Part shown: positions 19,578 through 28,064 of the stretch, piece after piece
Layout: each line of letters begins with the position of its first letter
Position numbering within the stretch: the stretch's first letter is position 1
Source: an uncultured virus (IMG/VR IMGVR_UViG_3300035520_000308)
Lineage: Duplodnaviria; Heunggongvirae; Uroviricota; Caudoviricetes
Direction: 5' to 3' (one strand)
Virus record (IMG/VR): IMGVR_UViG_3300035520_000308
DNA: 64,000 nucleotides
Position numbers and translations under genes: made by a program
Notes under the pieces: generated by a model
The model's database searches: none
Told to the model about the DNA's origin: nothing
Seen by the model: the letters and a program-made list of their open reading frames with translations, nothing else

Positions 19578-20173
19578 TCTACCGCTTTGTCCGTGACATA
19601 ACAACTTGATATATTCTGTTCTATCCTGCGTTTTCGTTTTCTATATTGCTCTGTCCTGTTCAATCGTTTAGTATGGTTAGTGGCTATGCCACCGATAAAA
19701 CGGTAGAGTATGGTATTCTGTGCTATGGCTTGCTGTCCTGTTATAAATTAAACTGTATTAAAGTGTGTTATCTGCCTTGATAGGCATTGGGCTGACCTTA
19801 AAGTTTTGCAATATTTTGTTCTGTGTTGTCATGTTTTGTATTGTATTGTTACGTTGTATCATGCGTTATACTTTGTCAACTTTAAAGTCAACCGAATACC
19901 TACCAAAATTGCCCCATAATTCGTGAGTAAAGTGTTTTATGTTTTATTGTCTTGTTATGTATTTTTTTGTAATGTCCTATGATATCGTGTCTTTGGCAAG
20001 CTTTACTCACCAACTATGAAGCAATCGTCACTTGCATAAATATCGACTTTAGCAGTAAAAATAAAATTATGTTCTTTTTTATATTGTGATGTCGTGTTTT
20101 ATAGTTTCGTGTTCTATAGTGTTGTGTATTATTCTGTAATTACCGACCTAAAGCCGATATCTATACAAGTGAC
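19578..20173 (-). ncRNA. Array of five putative guide RNAs: (NN-AYA)12-14 pentamer tracts, four enclosed by unique long stems
   Basis: Period-5 tracts at 19612-19676, 19709-19773, 19807-19876, 19933-19997 and 20070-20139; inverted arms 19578-19602/19683-19707, 19777-19805/19878-19906, 19908-19932/20001-20025 and 20027-20052/20148-20173; most mismatches are G-U on the minus strand. Confidence 0.85.
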
Positions 20174-20190
20174 TAGCAGATATTAAATTG

Positions 20191-20619
20191 TCAAAGTGCC
20201 TCTATTTCTGAAAAAATCTTTTCAAGCTCTATAAGGTTTTCATATCTTCGCTTGAAAGCCTGCAATTCCATTTTCGCCCGCTTTAACAATGATTGATATT
20301 CATCCTCATTCTTAAGAATCATTGTGACAGGCTCATAAACCGATGTTGTCGTAGTAATCTGAAATACTCTTGTTGGCTCACTTTTTTCCTCAATCGGAGT
20401 AAACACAAACATTTGTATCATTTCTCTCGCTTGTATGTTCCTGTATTTATCTCCTGCTATCGTATCATTCCATTCAAAATCATTGTGTATGACCGAGTTT
20501 TTATCTCTTGCCAACTCCACAACGTTCTGCGGTGTAATGCTTTCAAGTTTGGATATTTCCTCATAGGCTTTATTTGCATCAGCCTTATATTTTGGGATTT
20601 TCCATGATACTTTTTCCAC
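20191..20619 (-). CDS. Conserved phage protein upstream of the array (putative accessory protein)
   Basis: ITPQNVVELAR..NSVIHNDFEWND..AG.KYR..QAR motif; stop codon about 17 nt before the first stem. Confidence 0.7.
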   Translation of the reverse strand: MEKVSWKIPKYKADANKAYEEISKLESITPQNVVELARDKNSVIHNDFEWNDTIAGDKYRNIQAREMIQMFVFTPIEEKSEPTRVFQITTTTSVYEPVTMILKNEDEYQSLLKRAKMELQAFKRRYENLIELEKIFSEIEAL

Positions 20620-20897
20620 TAATTCACACCTTCTTCCGTTTCTATCTCGCTCCTAAATCTTGCATCAATCATTGCAAATAAAACTTCATGTGCAAGTTTA
20701 TACATAAGCAAATCAAGTTCCTTGTCTTGCAGTGTAATCAACATCGTTGTAAGTTTTAAAAACTCAGCGCTGTCTTCTCTGTTTGGATTCTCTTGTAAAA
20801 ATTTTCTATAATTCTTATAAACTGGACTTCTTTTAATTTCTTGAATAAAATCTTCCAAATTCAGTTTATCTACTTTTTCAAACATTTCTTCATCCAT
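20619..20897 (-). CDS. Hypothetical protein
   Basis: Overlapping start/stop with neighbours. Confidence 0.5.
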   Translation of the reverse strand: MDEEMFEKVDKLNLEDFIQEIKRSPVYKNYRKFLQENPNREDSAEFLKLTTMLITLQDKELDLLMYKLAHEVLFAMIDARFRSEIETEEGVN

Positions 20898-21172
20898 CAG
20901 TAAACCTCCCTATCGTCAAAATCCTTTTTAATCGCATTTGCAATAACCGTAGGTGCATCATCCAATCTGATACAGTTAAACAGCTTTTCGGCATTGTAAA
21001 ACGTATCGTGCGGATGTCCTGCCTCTGTGCAAGTGTTCCAGTTTGGCATAGCAATAAACCAACCGTTAATGTGTCTGCCGTAGATGATAAGGAAGTTATT
21101 TCCATTCCAATCAAGCGAAAACTCATAGCTTTCCTTCTGTTCATACGTTCCTCTGATTTTTCCATCCATCAT
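20897..21172 (-). CDS. Hypothetical protein
   Basis: IYGRHINGWFIAMPNW; in operon. Confidence 0.5.
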   Translation of the reverse strand: MMDGKIRGTYEQKESYEFSLDWNGNNFLIIYGRHINGWFIAMPNWNTCTEAGHPHDTFYNAEKLFNCIRLDDAPTVIANAIKKDFDDREVY

Positions 21173-21345
21173 TTAAAATTCCTCGCTTTCTTATTGATTT
21201 TTAATCATCAGTTAATACTTCGCAGGAATATGCACTTGCAGGATTTTCATCAAAATATATCCGTGCCATGCAACTTCCATCATTCTTTGTTAAAACAACT
21301 TTTGATACTGGTTTATCCTCATTCATTGTCAGAAATGCCAGTTCG

Positions 21346-22071
21346 TTAAGCGATATCGGACATCTCACCTTGATTTTGCTCAATATGTCCATCAATTTGT
21401 TCCTCATCTTCATCCACCTCTGTTATGTCTTTCACTACAGAAATACTTAACTCATAAGCAGTTCTAGTCTCGTATTCTCCATTTTCCAGTTTCTTGTCAT
21501 ATTCACGGCTTTGGATTCTTCCGCAAACTTCCAATTTTGTTGATACCGGAAGTTCTGCTATGTATCTAGCGTTTCTTCCCCATGCGATACACGGAAGATA
21601 ATCACTTTTCCCGCGTGCCTGCCTATTTACTGCTAAAAATAGGTCGCAAATCTCTCTCCCTTGTGGGGTGTTTCTAAATACAGGCTCTTTGCAGATGAAT
21701 CCTTTCAGAACTACATCGTTTCTACAATAGTTTGCTCCAAAGATTGTGTCTAAAAACTCTATTTCTTTTGCGAAAACATTCAAAGATACCCTATTCTTTC
21801 CCTCTGAATGTACGTTGAATGACCTGAACTCCCCAGTGATTAAAACTGGCTTCCCGATGATTTCCTCATTTGTATCAACCAATCTGTCCGAAAGTAATAC
21901 AGGTATCTTATCTGCTGTTCCACTGTATCTGTATACTTCCACTATCACAGCATCGAACGTTTCTCCGTAATTCGATTTGTGACTGTAATTCCGTGAAAGA
22001 ATTGTACCGGCAATCGTAACATTGTTGTTCATTTCCATTTCTATTTTCTCCTCCATTGATTCTTTCCCCAT
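21346..22071 (-). CDS. Tandem OB-fold SSB-like protein
   Basis: Two SSB-like repeats (NNVTIAG...GEFRS; NDVVLKG...SDYLPCIAWGRNA...GRIQSREY). Confidence 0.85.
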   Translation of the reverse strand: MGKESMEEKIEMEMNNNVTIAGTILSRNYSHKSNYGETFDAVIVEVYRYSGTADKIPVLLSDRLVDTNEEIIGKPVLITGEFRSFNVHSEGKNRVSLNVFAKEIEFLDTIFGANYCRNDVVLKGFICKEPVFRNTPQGREICDLFLAVNRQARGKSDYLPCIAWGRNARYIAELPVSTKLEVCGRIQSREYDKKLENGEYETRTAYELSISVVKDITEVDEDEEQIDGHIEQNQGEMSDIA

Positions 22072-22255
22072 ATAGGCTCCGCGTATTCCCTGTCAAAGCC
22101 AATGAGTTTTCCGTCATTAATAGTTGCGCGTAAGTCTTTTTTTTCATACATGTCAAGTATATCTTCCAAAGTAATGATATCGTAGTTCATGTCTAGTCCT
22201 CTCTTTCTGTCTTCCGTTCCCCTAAAAACTTATGACAAAGATGTATCTGTTCCTA

Positions 22256-22975
22256 TTAGAAACGCATCTGTGCGTTTTCGCTTTCGATTTCCTCTCTTAG
22301 ACACAATGGCAATTCATAAGAATTGATAATGTCAATTGCTTTTCCTGTCTGGTTTCTGTGTATAGCCTTGTAGGAAGTCACACCAAACTCACGTCTTAAC
22401 TGGTTTTCCAAATCTCTGTAAACTCTGCCACGTAAACTTGCATTATGATAAGCCTCGGAATCCTTGCCGCCTAAAAGCGGAACAATCTTTTTATTCTTTG
22501 CCTCTGTAATCTGCTGACACTCAATCGCAAGCAACGGCATTTCCTTTTTGAACTCTTGTAAATCTTTGTCTACTTCATCAATCTTCTGTTCCAGTTCCAT
22601 GTGTCCTTGTGCCAATAACTGTATCTGCCCCGCTGTTGTCTGTGGCACTGTGTATGTTCCTGTTCTTCTTAATGTTGGTAACACTTCGGATGTTATCCAA
22701 TGCTTAAATTTCTTTGCGTTAGGTAATTGACTTCCAATAATCAATCCATACAATCCTGATTCGTTTATCAATACTGTTTTTCTATTTTGTGTTCCGTCAA
22801 ACACTGTAGCAATTTTTCTGTCTTCTTCATCCGTATGACGTTTGATATCTCGACTACCGTTTCGGTACTCCAGCTTTTCTGTTATGTCTTTAGCGACAAA
22901 CCACGGCTCGTCATCAATAGTCACTGTTCGGATTTCTCCAAAGTCTTCATTGTTAAAAATCTGTAATTCGTTCAT
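22256..22975 (-). CDS. BRO-N / ORF6C phage antirepressor
   Basis: FNNEDFGEIRT..PWFVAKD, INESGLY, FKHWITSEVLP; C-terminal FGVTSYKAI. Confidence 0.9.
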   Translation of the reverse strand: MNELQIFNNEDFGEIRTVTIDDEPWFVAKDITEKLEYRNGSRDIKRHTDEEDRKIATVFDGTQNRKTVLINESGLYGLIIGSQLPNAKKFKHWITSEVLPTLRRTGTYTVPQTTAGQIQLLAQGHMELEQKIDEVDKDLQEFKKEMPLLAIECQQITEAKNKKIVPLLGGKDSEAYHNASLRGRVYRDLENQLRREFGVTSYKAIHRNQTGKAIDIINSYELPLCLREEIESENAQMRF

Positions 22976-23023
22976 GCGTTCGCCTTTCTATTCTGTTTTC
23001 AATTTCTCTATGCATATGGCATA

Positions 23024-23212
23024 CTATTCTAACCACTTTTGCATTAAAATTCCTGTTGCTGATTCAATTTTCCTAAGTGTTCTTAATTTAGGCTCTTCTT
23101 TTGCATTTTCCCATTTGCTTACAGTTCCGTTCGCTAAGCTACACTTTTGTTCAAATCCTGATATAGATAACCCTTTATCTTCACAGTATTTGATTACATT
23201 TTCATAAATCAA
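23024..23212 (-). CDS. Cro-like XRE HTH regulator
   Basis: Short HTH (SISGFEQKCSLANGTVSKW), divergent from the cI-like gene. Confidence 0.75.
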   Translation of the reverse strand: MIYENVIKYCEDKGLSISGFEQKCSLANGTVSKWENAKEEPKLRTLRKIESATGILMQKWLE

Positions 23213-23260
23213 ATAAATCTACTCCTTTCTACATAGTTATGTAAAATTTTTTATATGGAT

Positions 23261-23432
23261 TTAGAGAAAAATATTGACATTTATTAGAGAGTAGTCTAAA
23301 ATATGAATTGTCCAGAAACATATTTTCACGAGAACTCTTTTATATATGATTTAGGCTTTTCTCTAAATCCTAAGCTCATTATATAGAGTGTTCTCTAATT
23401 TGTCAAGCATAAATTTAGGTTTTTCTCTAATT
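23261..23432. promoter_or_regulatory. Divergent cro/cI control region with TTAGAG/CTCTAA operator half-sites
   Basis: Repeated ttagaga / tctctaa at about 23261, 23285, 23360, 23391 and 23424; TTGACA-like hexamers on both strands. Confidence 0.6.
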
Positions 23433-23451
23433 TTTTTAAGGGAGGATATTT

Positions 23452-23781
23452 ATGAATACTGTAGAGAGGATAAAGTCTATATGTAAAGAGCGAAAAATAC
23501 CGATTTCTAGATTGGAAATTGGCTGTGGTTTTAGCAATGCTTACATTAGCGGATTAAAAAAAGGTACACTTCCTAATGATAGACTGATTAAAATTGCTGA
23601 ATATCTCGATGTAAGTGTCGAATATTTGTTATATGGGGAAGATTATTCAATAGAAGGAGCGAAATTGCAAAACTTAATCAGAACAGATATGGAACTCTCA
23701 AAAGCACTGCTGAAATATTTCAATCTGTCAGATGAAAAAAAGAAACACGTTGTTGAATTAATCAATCTGTTAAGTGAGTGA
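23452..23781 (+). CDS. CI-like XRE repressor
   Basis: HTH_3-type sequence ending KIAEYLDVSVEYLL; GGAGG RBS. Confidence 0.8.
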   Translation: MNTVERIKSICKERKIPISRLEIGCGFSNAYISGLKKGTLPNDRLIKIAEYLDVSVEYLLYGEDYSIEGAKLQNLIRTDMELSKALLKYFNLSDEKKKHVVELINLLSE

Positions 23782-23797
23782 TTTGGGAGGTGATTGT

Positions 23798-24817
23798 ATG
23801 TCTTTTACTTCGCTTATAGTTATCATTGTTTTATACATCACATACAAAATAATGGAAATCACTATAAAAGCCACGATTTCTTTATGGAAAGCAATATTAA
23901 GTCCATTCAATGGAACGAAAAAGTCTAGGATAGAAAGAAAATGCGATAAGTACTTTGAAAGTAATGGTTTTATCCAATTGAAGAAATCGCATAGCGGTTT
24001 TATTGAGGATATGAATGATTTGAGTGACCATATAGAAGAACTAAAGAAAACTTCTGAATACTTTTCAAAGGCATATTATGGAGTGTCAGAATATAACGGT
24101 GGGAACAATAATTACAACTACAGGCATCCTAATCAGAATGATATTGAATGTTCATCAAGCACATATGATTGTTCTTTAAGTGTGCTTAACAATGCTCGTG
24201 TGCAGCCTTTTAAATATGTCTGCAAATACTTCAATATCGACAAAAGTGAGAGAACTCTGAATGTCCTTCAAGATATCCTGAATGCTTATCTTTCCATTGA
24301 GGATGCCAAGCAAATATTGATAAATAAGAAAGAAATCCTTATGAATGAAATTGAAAGATTCGTTCCGGAAATAGTAAAGAAAAATCAAAGAAACAGGATA
24401 GAGAAAGAATTAGGTCTTCCAAGTATCAGCTTTGAAGAAATCTATATCCATAGATTCATCTTTCGCTACACAAGCGCAGGTGGAAACAGCGAACAAACAA
24501 AGATAATTGAATTAACAACAGATACTTTGGAAGATTTCATATCTTATATATCTGAAAACATGGGAAATAAAGGGAATATGGTATATCAGCATCCTCTCAT
24601 GACAAGAACATTAAGAGCAAAGATAAAGCAGAGAGATGACTTTACTTGCAAGATATGTAAAAATTCTATCCTCAATGAGCCGAATCTTCTTTTGGAAATC
24701 AATCATATAATACCGCCATCCAAAGGAGGAACGTATTCAGAGGACAATCTTCAAACTTTATGTTGGAAATGCAACAGAATTAAGAAAAATAAAATTTTTA
24801 GTGAGGGAAGAATATGA
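23798..24817 (+). CDS. Membrane-anchored HNH endonuclease domain protein
   Basis: N-terminal TM helix; C-terminal RDDFTCKIC...EINHIIP.SKGG....NLQTLCWKCN; ATG after GGAGGTG. Confidence 0.8.
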   Translation: MSFTSLIVIIVLYITYKIMEITIKATISLWKAILSPFNGTKKSRIERKCDKYFESNGFIQLKKSHSGFIEDMNDLSDHIEELKKTSEYFSKAYYGVSEYNGGNNNYNYRHPNQNDIECSSSTYDCSLSVLNNARVQPFKYVCKYFNIDKSERTLNVLQDILNAYLSIEDAKQILINKKEILMNEIERFVPEIVKKNQRNRIEKELGLPSISFEEIYIHRFIFRYTSAGGNSEQTKIIELTTDTLEDFISYISENMGNKGNMVYQHPLMTRTLRAKIKQRDDFTCKICKNSILNEPNLLLEINHIIPPSKGGTYSEDNLQTLCWKCNRIKKNKIFSEGRI

Positions 24818-25010
24818 TTTTGAAAGGTTTTTGTAAATCTCAAAATAAAGAATATGCTATTGATGTAGATGCGATAAATGCAAAATGCCATGATGACAAT
24901 GGAAAAGACACTTTCATCTTTGGGAGAATAAATTGTGAATATGCAAGTAATACTATGGATTGTGATGGGAAATGCACAATTTTGGATGAATACAAAAAGA
25001 GACTAGGGCT

Positions 25011-25355
25011 TTAATCCCTAGCCTCCACTTTCATTCCGTTTTTGAACTCAATGCTCTTAATCTCTCCCATGCCGATTTGGTCTACTTTGGTCAATGGTGT
25101 TTCCAAGCAAAGGTCAAATGCGTTTATGTCGATTGTTAGGATTGGATATCCTGTATCAATATCTGCCTTTAAGCAAAAGCTCCTTACTCCCTTAATCTGA
25201 TTTCCATCAAAGAAAATTTTCGTGTTAAAAGCACTTCCTTCTTGAAGTTCGGATTTTATTTCAATTTTGCTCCTACTGACATTGTCACCAATCATACTTT
25301 GCGCTCCTTTACAATATCTTCTACCATGATATAAATATACCTCAAAATTCTCCAT
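25011..25355 (-). CDS. Hypothetical protein
   Basis: ORF with protein-like composition. Confidence 0.4.
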   Translation of the reverse strand: MENFEVYLYHGRRYCKGAQSMIGDNVSRSKIEIKSELQEGSAFNTKIFFDGNQIKGVRSFCLKADIDTGYPILTIDINAFDLCLETPLTKVDQIGMGEIKSIEFKNGMKVEARD

Positions 25356-25826
25356 TCGTCAATGGAATTAACCATCTTTGCAATACCATCCCTGTATGCT
25401 ACATTCTGTTTCTCTTGTGGATATTCTTCCGTTGTAACTTTCATGCTTTCGTTCTCCCTTGTTCAATTATACTTTATTTCCAACCAACCAAAAACCTATG
25501 CTCTATGTTCTCTTTTCATACTTCTTCACTACGTCATACACCATGACATAGATAATTCTCAATACCCTCCGATTCTCGATTCCCTCAATCATTTTCATAA
25601 TCTCATCTTTGTACGAGATGTGTTCCATTTGTGAATTTTGTAAATTTTCTTTTGTCTTCATGAATTTTGCCCTCGCTCTGTTGACTTTTTGATTTTACAT
25701 GATAAAATAGCGATTAAGGTTTTGGTAGGGTACGCTGTAACCCATACCCTACCACCGAAAATCGAATTATCTCACCTTATGATAAGACATCCTTATTATA
25801 GCAACACAGAAAGGATAGTAAACACT

Positions 25827-26609
25827 ATGGAAAAAGAAAAACTCAAAAAATTATCGAGGAATCTGACGAACAATGAAGATAGTTATATGAAGTCATTCCG
25901 TAAGAATTTGGATATGTACCTCTCGCAGAGCGACATAACAATCCGCAGTTTGTCAGAGGATGCAGATATACCGCAAAATACGCTGAACAGCATACTTTAC
26001 AATAATACATCTGATTGCCATCTATCTACCGCTATTTCTTTGGCAAAGGCACTCAATGTAAGTCTTGATGAATTAATCGGTGCAAACACAATCAATAATA
26101 TCACTCTTGAAAGTCTTCAAATATGCAGAAATCTCCCTGACAACATTTTATATCTGATTCGTTGGTTTATCCGACACCAAGAAAAAATCTACAATGACGT
26201 GGCAAACAAAGAAAGATATATTAATGTCATGTCTCCCGAATACATGGGAAATGGAAATCTGAAAGTCGTTTATGATTTTACACAAGTGAATATCAGCAAT
26301 ATTTCCGATGATATCAAACATAAAGTATTTTTAGGTATCCAACTTCCATGTGGCAATTATATGCCCACATACAGTCCATATGATATACTGTTGATTGCCA
26401 ATGACAGAAACCCAAAGCAGAACGAAAACTGTATTGTTATCTGCCGTGGAAATATGTATATCGGAAAAAGGGTTGTTGTAGGGAATAGCGCAAAATACTA
26501 TTCGATTCGTGACGGAAAATTCCGTGTAAATGAAAATGAGATAGATGAGTTAGTTGGATATGTTGCAGGGGTAAAACAAGATTTAGATACGTTTCTGCAA
26601 AGAATATAA
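25827..26609 (+). CDS. XRE HTH regulator with C-terminal S24-like domain
   Basis: ITIRSLSEDADIPQNTLNSIL...LAKALNVSLDEL; GNYMPTYSPYDILLI; start after AGAAAGGA. Confidence 0.7.
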   Translation: MEKEKLKKLSRNLTNNEDSYMKSFRKNLDMYLSQSDITIRSLSEDADIPQNTLNSILYNNTSDCHLSTAISLAKALNVSLDELIGANTINNITLESLQICRNLPDNILYLIRWFIRHQEKIYNDVANKERYINVMSPEYMGNGNLKVVYDFTQVNISNISDDIKHKVFLGIQLPCGNYMPTYSPYDILLIANDRNPKQNENCIVICRGNMYIGKRVVVGNSAKYYSIRDGKFRVNENEIDELVGYVAGVKQDLDTFLQRI

Positions 26610-26616
26610 GAGATTT

Positions 26617-26643
26617 TAAGGGATGGAATTTCACCATCCCTTA
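26617..26643. terminator. Bidirectional intrinsic terminator
   Basis: taagggatgg-aatttca-ccatccctta between convergent genes. Confidence 0.7.
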
Positions 26644-26650
26644 TTTTGAT

Positions 26651-27628
26651 TTATTTTACCAGTTTTCCACTCTTTAAAAGTGTGAGAAGTTTCGTGTTCT
26701 GATCTGCACTTCCTCGGTAGTTTGAAATTCCGTTTTTCTCAGCAATCTTCTTTCTGTTGGCAAATGAGCTGTCAACTCCCAGTGACTGTAATGCATCTGC
26801 GATGCTGGTGCTATTTCCAGTGTATTTTGCATAATACTGCGCCGTGGATGTGGTAGCCGTGTATAATCCGCGGATATCACCATCGTTAACATATACCCCT
26901 GTTGACAGTTTGTATTTTGCCTGTCCGCTCACGATTGCAGTTATTGTTCCATGTCCTGCGCCGCTTGTTGCGTTCTTGGTGCTGCACGCAAGAGTCGGAG
27001 ATGGATAGGAAGTGCTATAGGTTACGACCTGTCCTACGCTGTATTTATTTGTTGTGGTAGTAGTTGTTGCACTTGTGGTTGCCGTGGCACTATTCCCGGT
27101 AAGAGCCTTGTAAATTGCCTGTGCGCATTTATTTGGATTCCATACATTTGCATCGTCTTTATCATCTACAAAACAGCACTCAATCAAGATTGCCTGACTT
27201 TTCGTATTCTTTAAAACATAAAGACCTGTATTTGTCTTGAATCCACGATTTGTGATTCCAAGAGATGATGAGATTTCGCTGCAAATCTTTTCCCCGATTG
27301 TTTTTGTGTTTGCGTCATATCCATATACTTCTACACCGCCTGTTTTTCCATCGCCTGTGCTGTCATTTCTGCCACTGTTCAAGTGGATAGAGATATCCAA
27401 GTCCACAGAGTTTGCGTTGCATTTCTTTACAATCTCTGAAAGAATCGTGTTTGCACTTGCATTTCCGTTATAAGTACAATCATAAACTGTGTGACCGGTG
27501 TTCTGCAAAAGGGAAATCAGAGAATCTTTCACTTTTCTGTCTTCCACAGATTCATCCAGAATACCTACTGCGCCACATCCTGTTCCGTTTGCAAGTCCAT
27601 GTCCTGCGTGAATATTGTATTTACTCAT
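26651..27628 (-). CDS. Endolysin, N-acetylmuramoyl-L-alanine amidase (Amidase_3) with cell-wall binding domains
   Basis: HAGHG, E, SIHLN, LIECCFVD; Thr-rich linker; C-terminal SIADAL...NY.GSA.QN domain. Confidence 0.92.
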   Translation of the reverse strand: MSKYNIHAGHGLANGTGCGAVGILDESVEDRKVKDSLISLLQNTGHTVYDCTYNGNASANTILSEIVKKCNANSVDLDISIHLNSGRNDSTGDGKTGGVEVYGYDANTKTIGEKICSEISSSLGITNRGFKTNTGLYVLKNTKSQAILIECCFVDDKDDANVWNPNKCAQAIYKALTGNSATATTSATTTTTTNKYSVGQVVTYSTSYPSPTLACSTKNATSGAGHGTITAIVSGQAKYKLSTGVYVNDGDIRGLYTATTSTAQYYAKYTGNSTSIADALQSLGVDSSFANRKKIAEKNGISNYRGSADQNTKLLTLLKSGKLVK

Positions 27629-28061
27629 TGTCTTCTTCCTCGCTTTCTTCTTTTCCTTTTAATACTTCAATTGCCTTTGTAATTTGGCTTGGAATTGGCA
27701 CACCCATCAAGCCTGCATTTTCCACGATAGAAATCACTTCATTTGTGATGAATGCGATGCACACGCCGTCTCTGATATAATTTGTTCCGAGAGTAATATC
27801 TAATCTTACTGCCACAAGTACAATCAAGAGCGACATTCCTTTTCTGCACAATCCTTTCCATCCGGCACGGCTTTCCAACGAGCCATTCTGTGTTTTATTG
27901 CTCTTCTGAAATACACCGGCTACAACGAGACCTGATATGTAGTCTACAGCCATAAAAATCAATAATGTAACCATAGCCGCATCAAAACCTCCAAACAATG
28001 AAGCAATCAGGCTCCCTAATATTCCTACTGTTGCACATAAAGTTTCTTTCAATCTTTCCAC
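27621..28061 (-). CDS. Phage holin (toxin secretion/phage lysis family)
   Basis: DYISG, GWKGLCRK, NEVISIVENAGLMGVPIP. Confidence 0.9.
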   Translation of the reverse strand: MERLKETLCATVGILGSLIASLFGGFDAAMVTLLIFMAVDYISGLVVAGVFQKSNKTQNGSLESRAGWKGLCRKGMSLLIVLVAVRLDITLGTNYIRDGVCIAFITNEVISIVENAGLMGVPIPSQITKAIEVLKGKEESEEEDNE

Positions 28062-28064
28062 CTC

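Noticed and set aside
19064..19609. 181-aa plus-strand ORF
   Set aside because: Antisense to the RAMP-like gene, with no recognisable motifs
19578..20173. CRISPR array or simple microsatellite
   Set aside because: There are no identical direct repeats with spacers. Variation is confined to two of five positions and the tracts are bounded by stems, unlike slippage-derived satellites.
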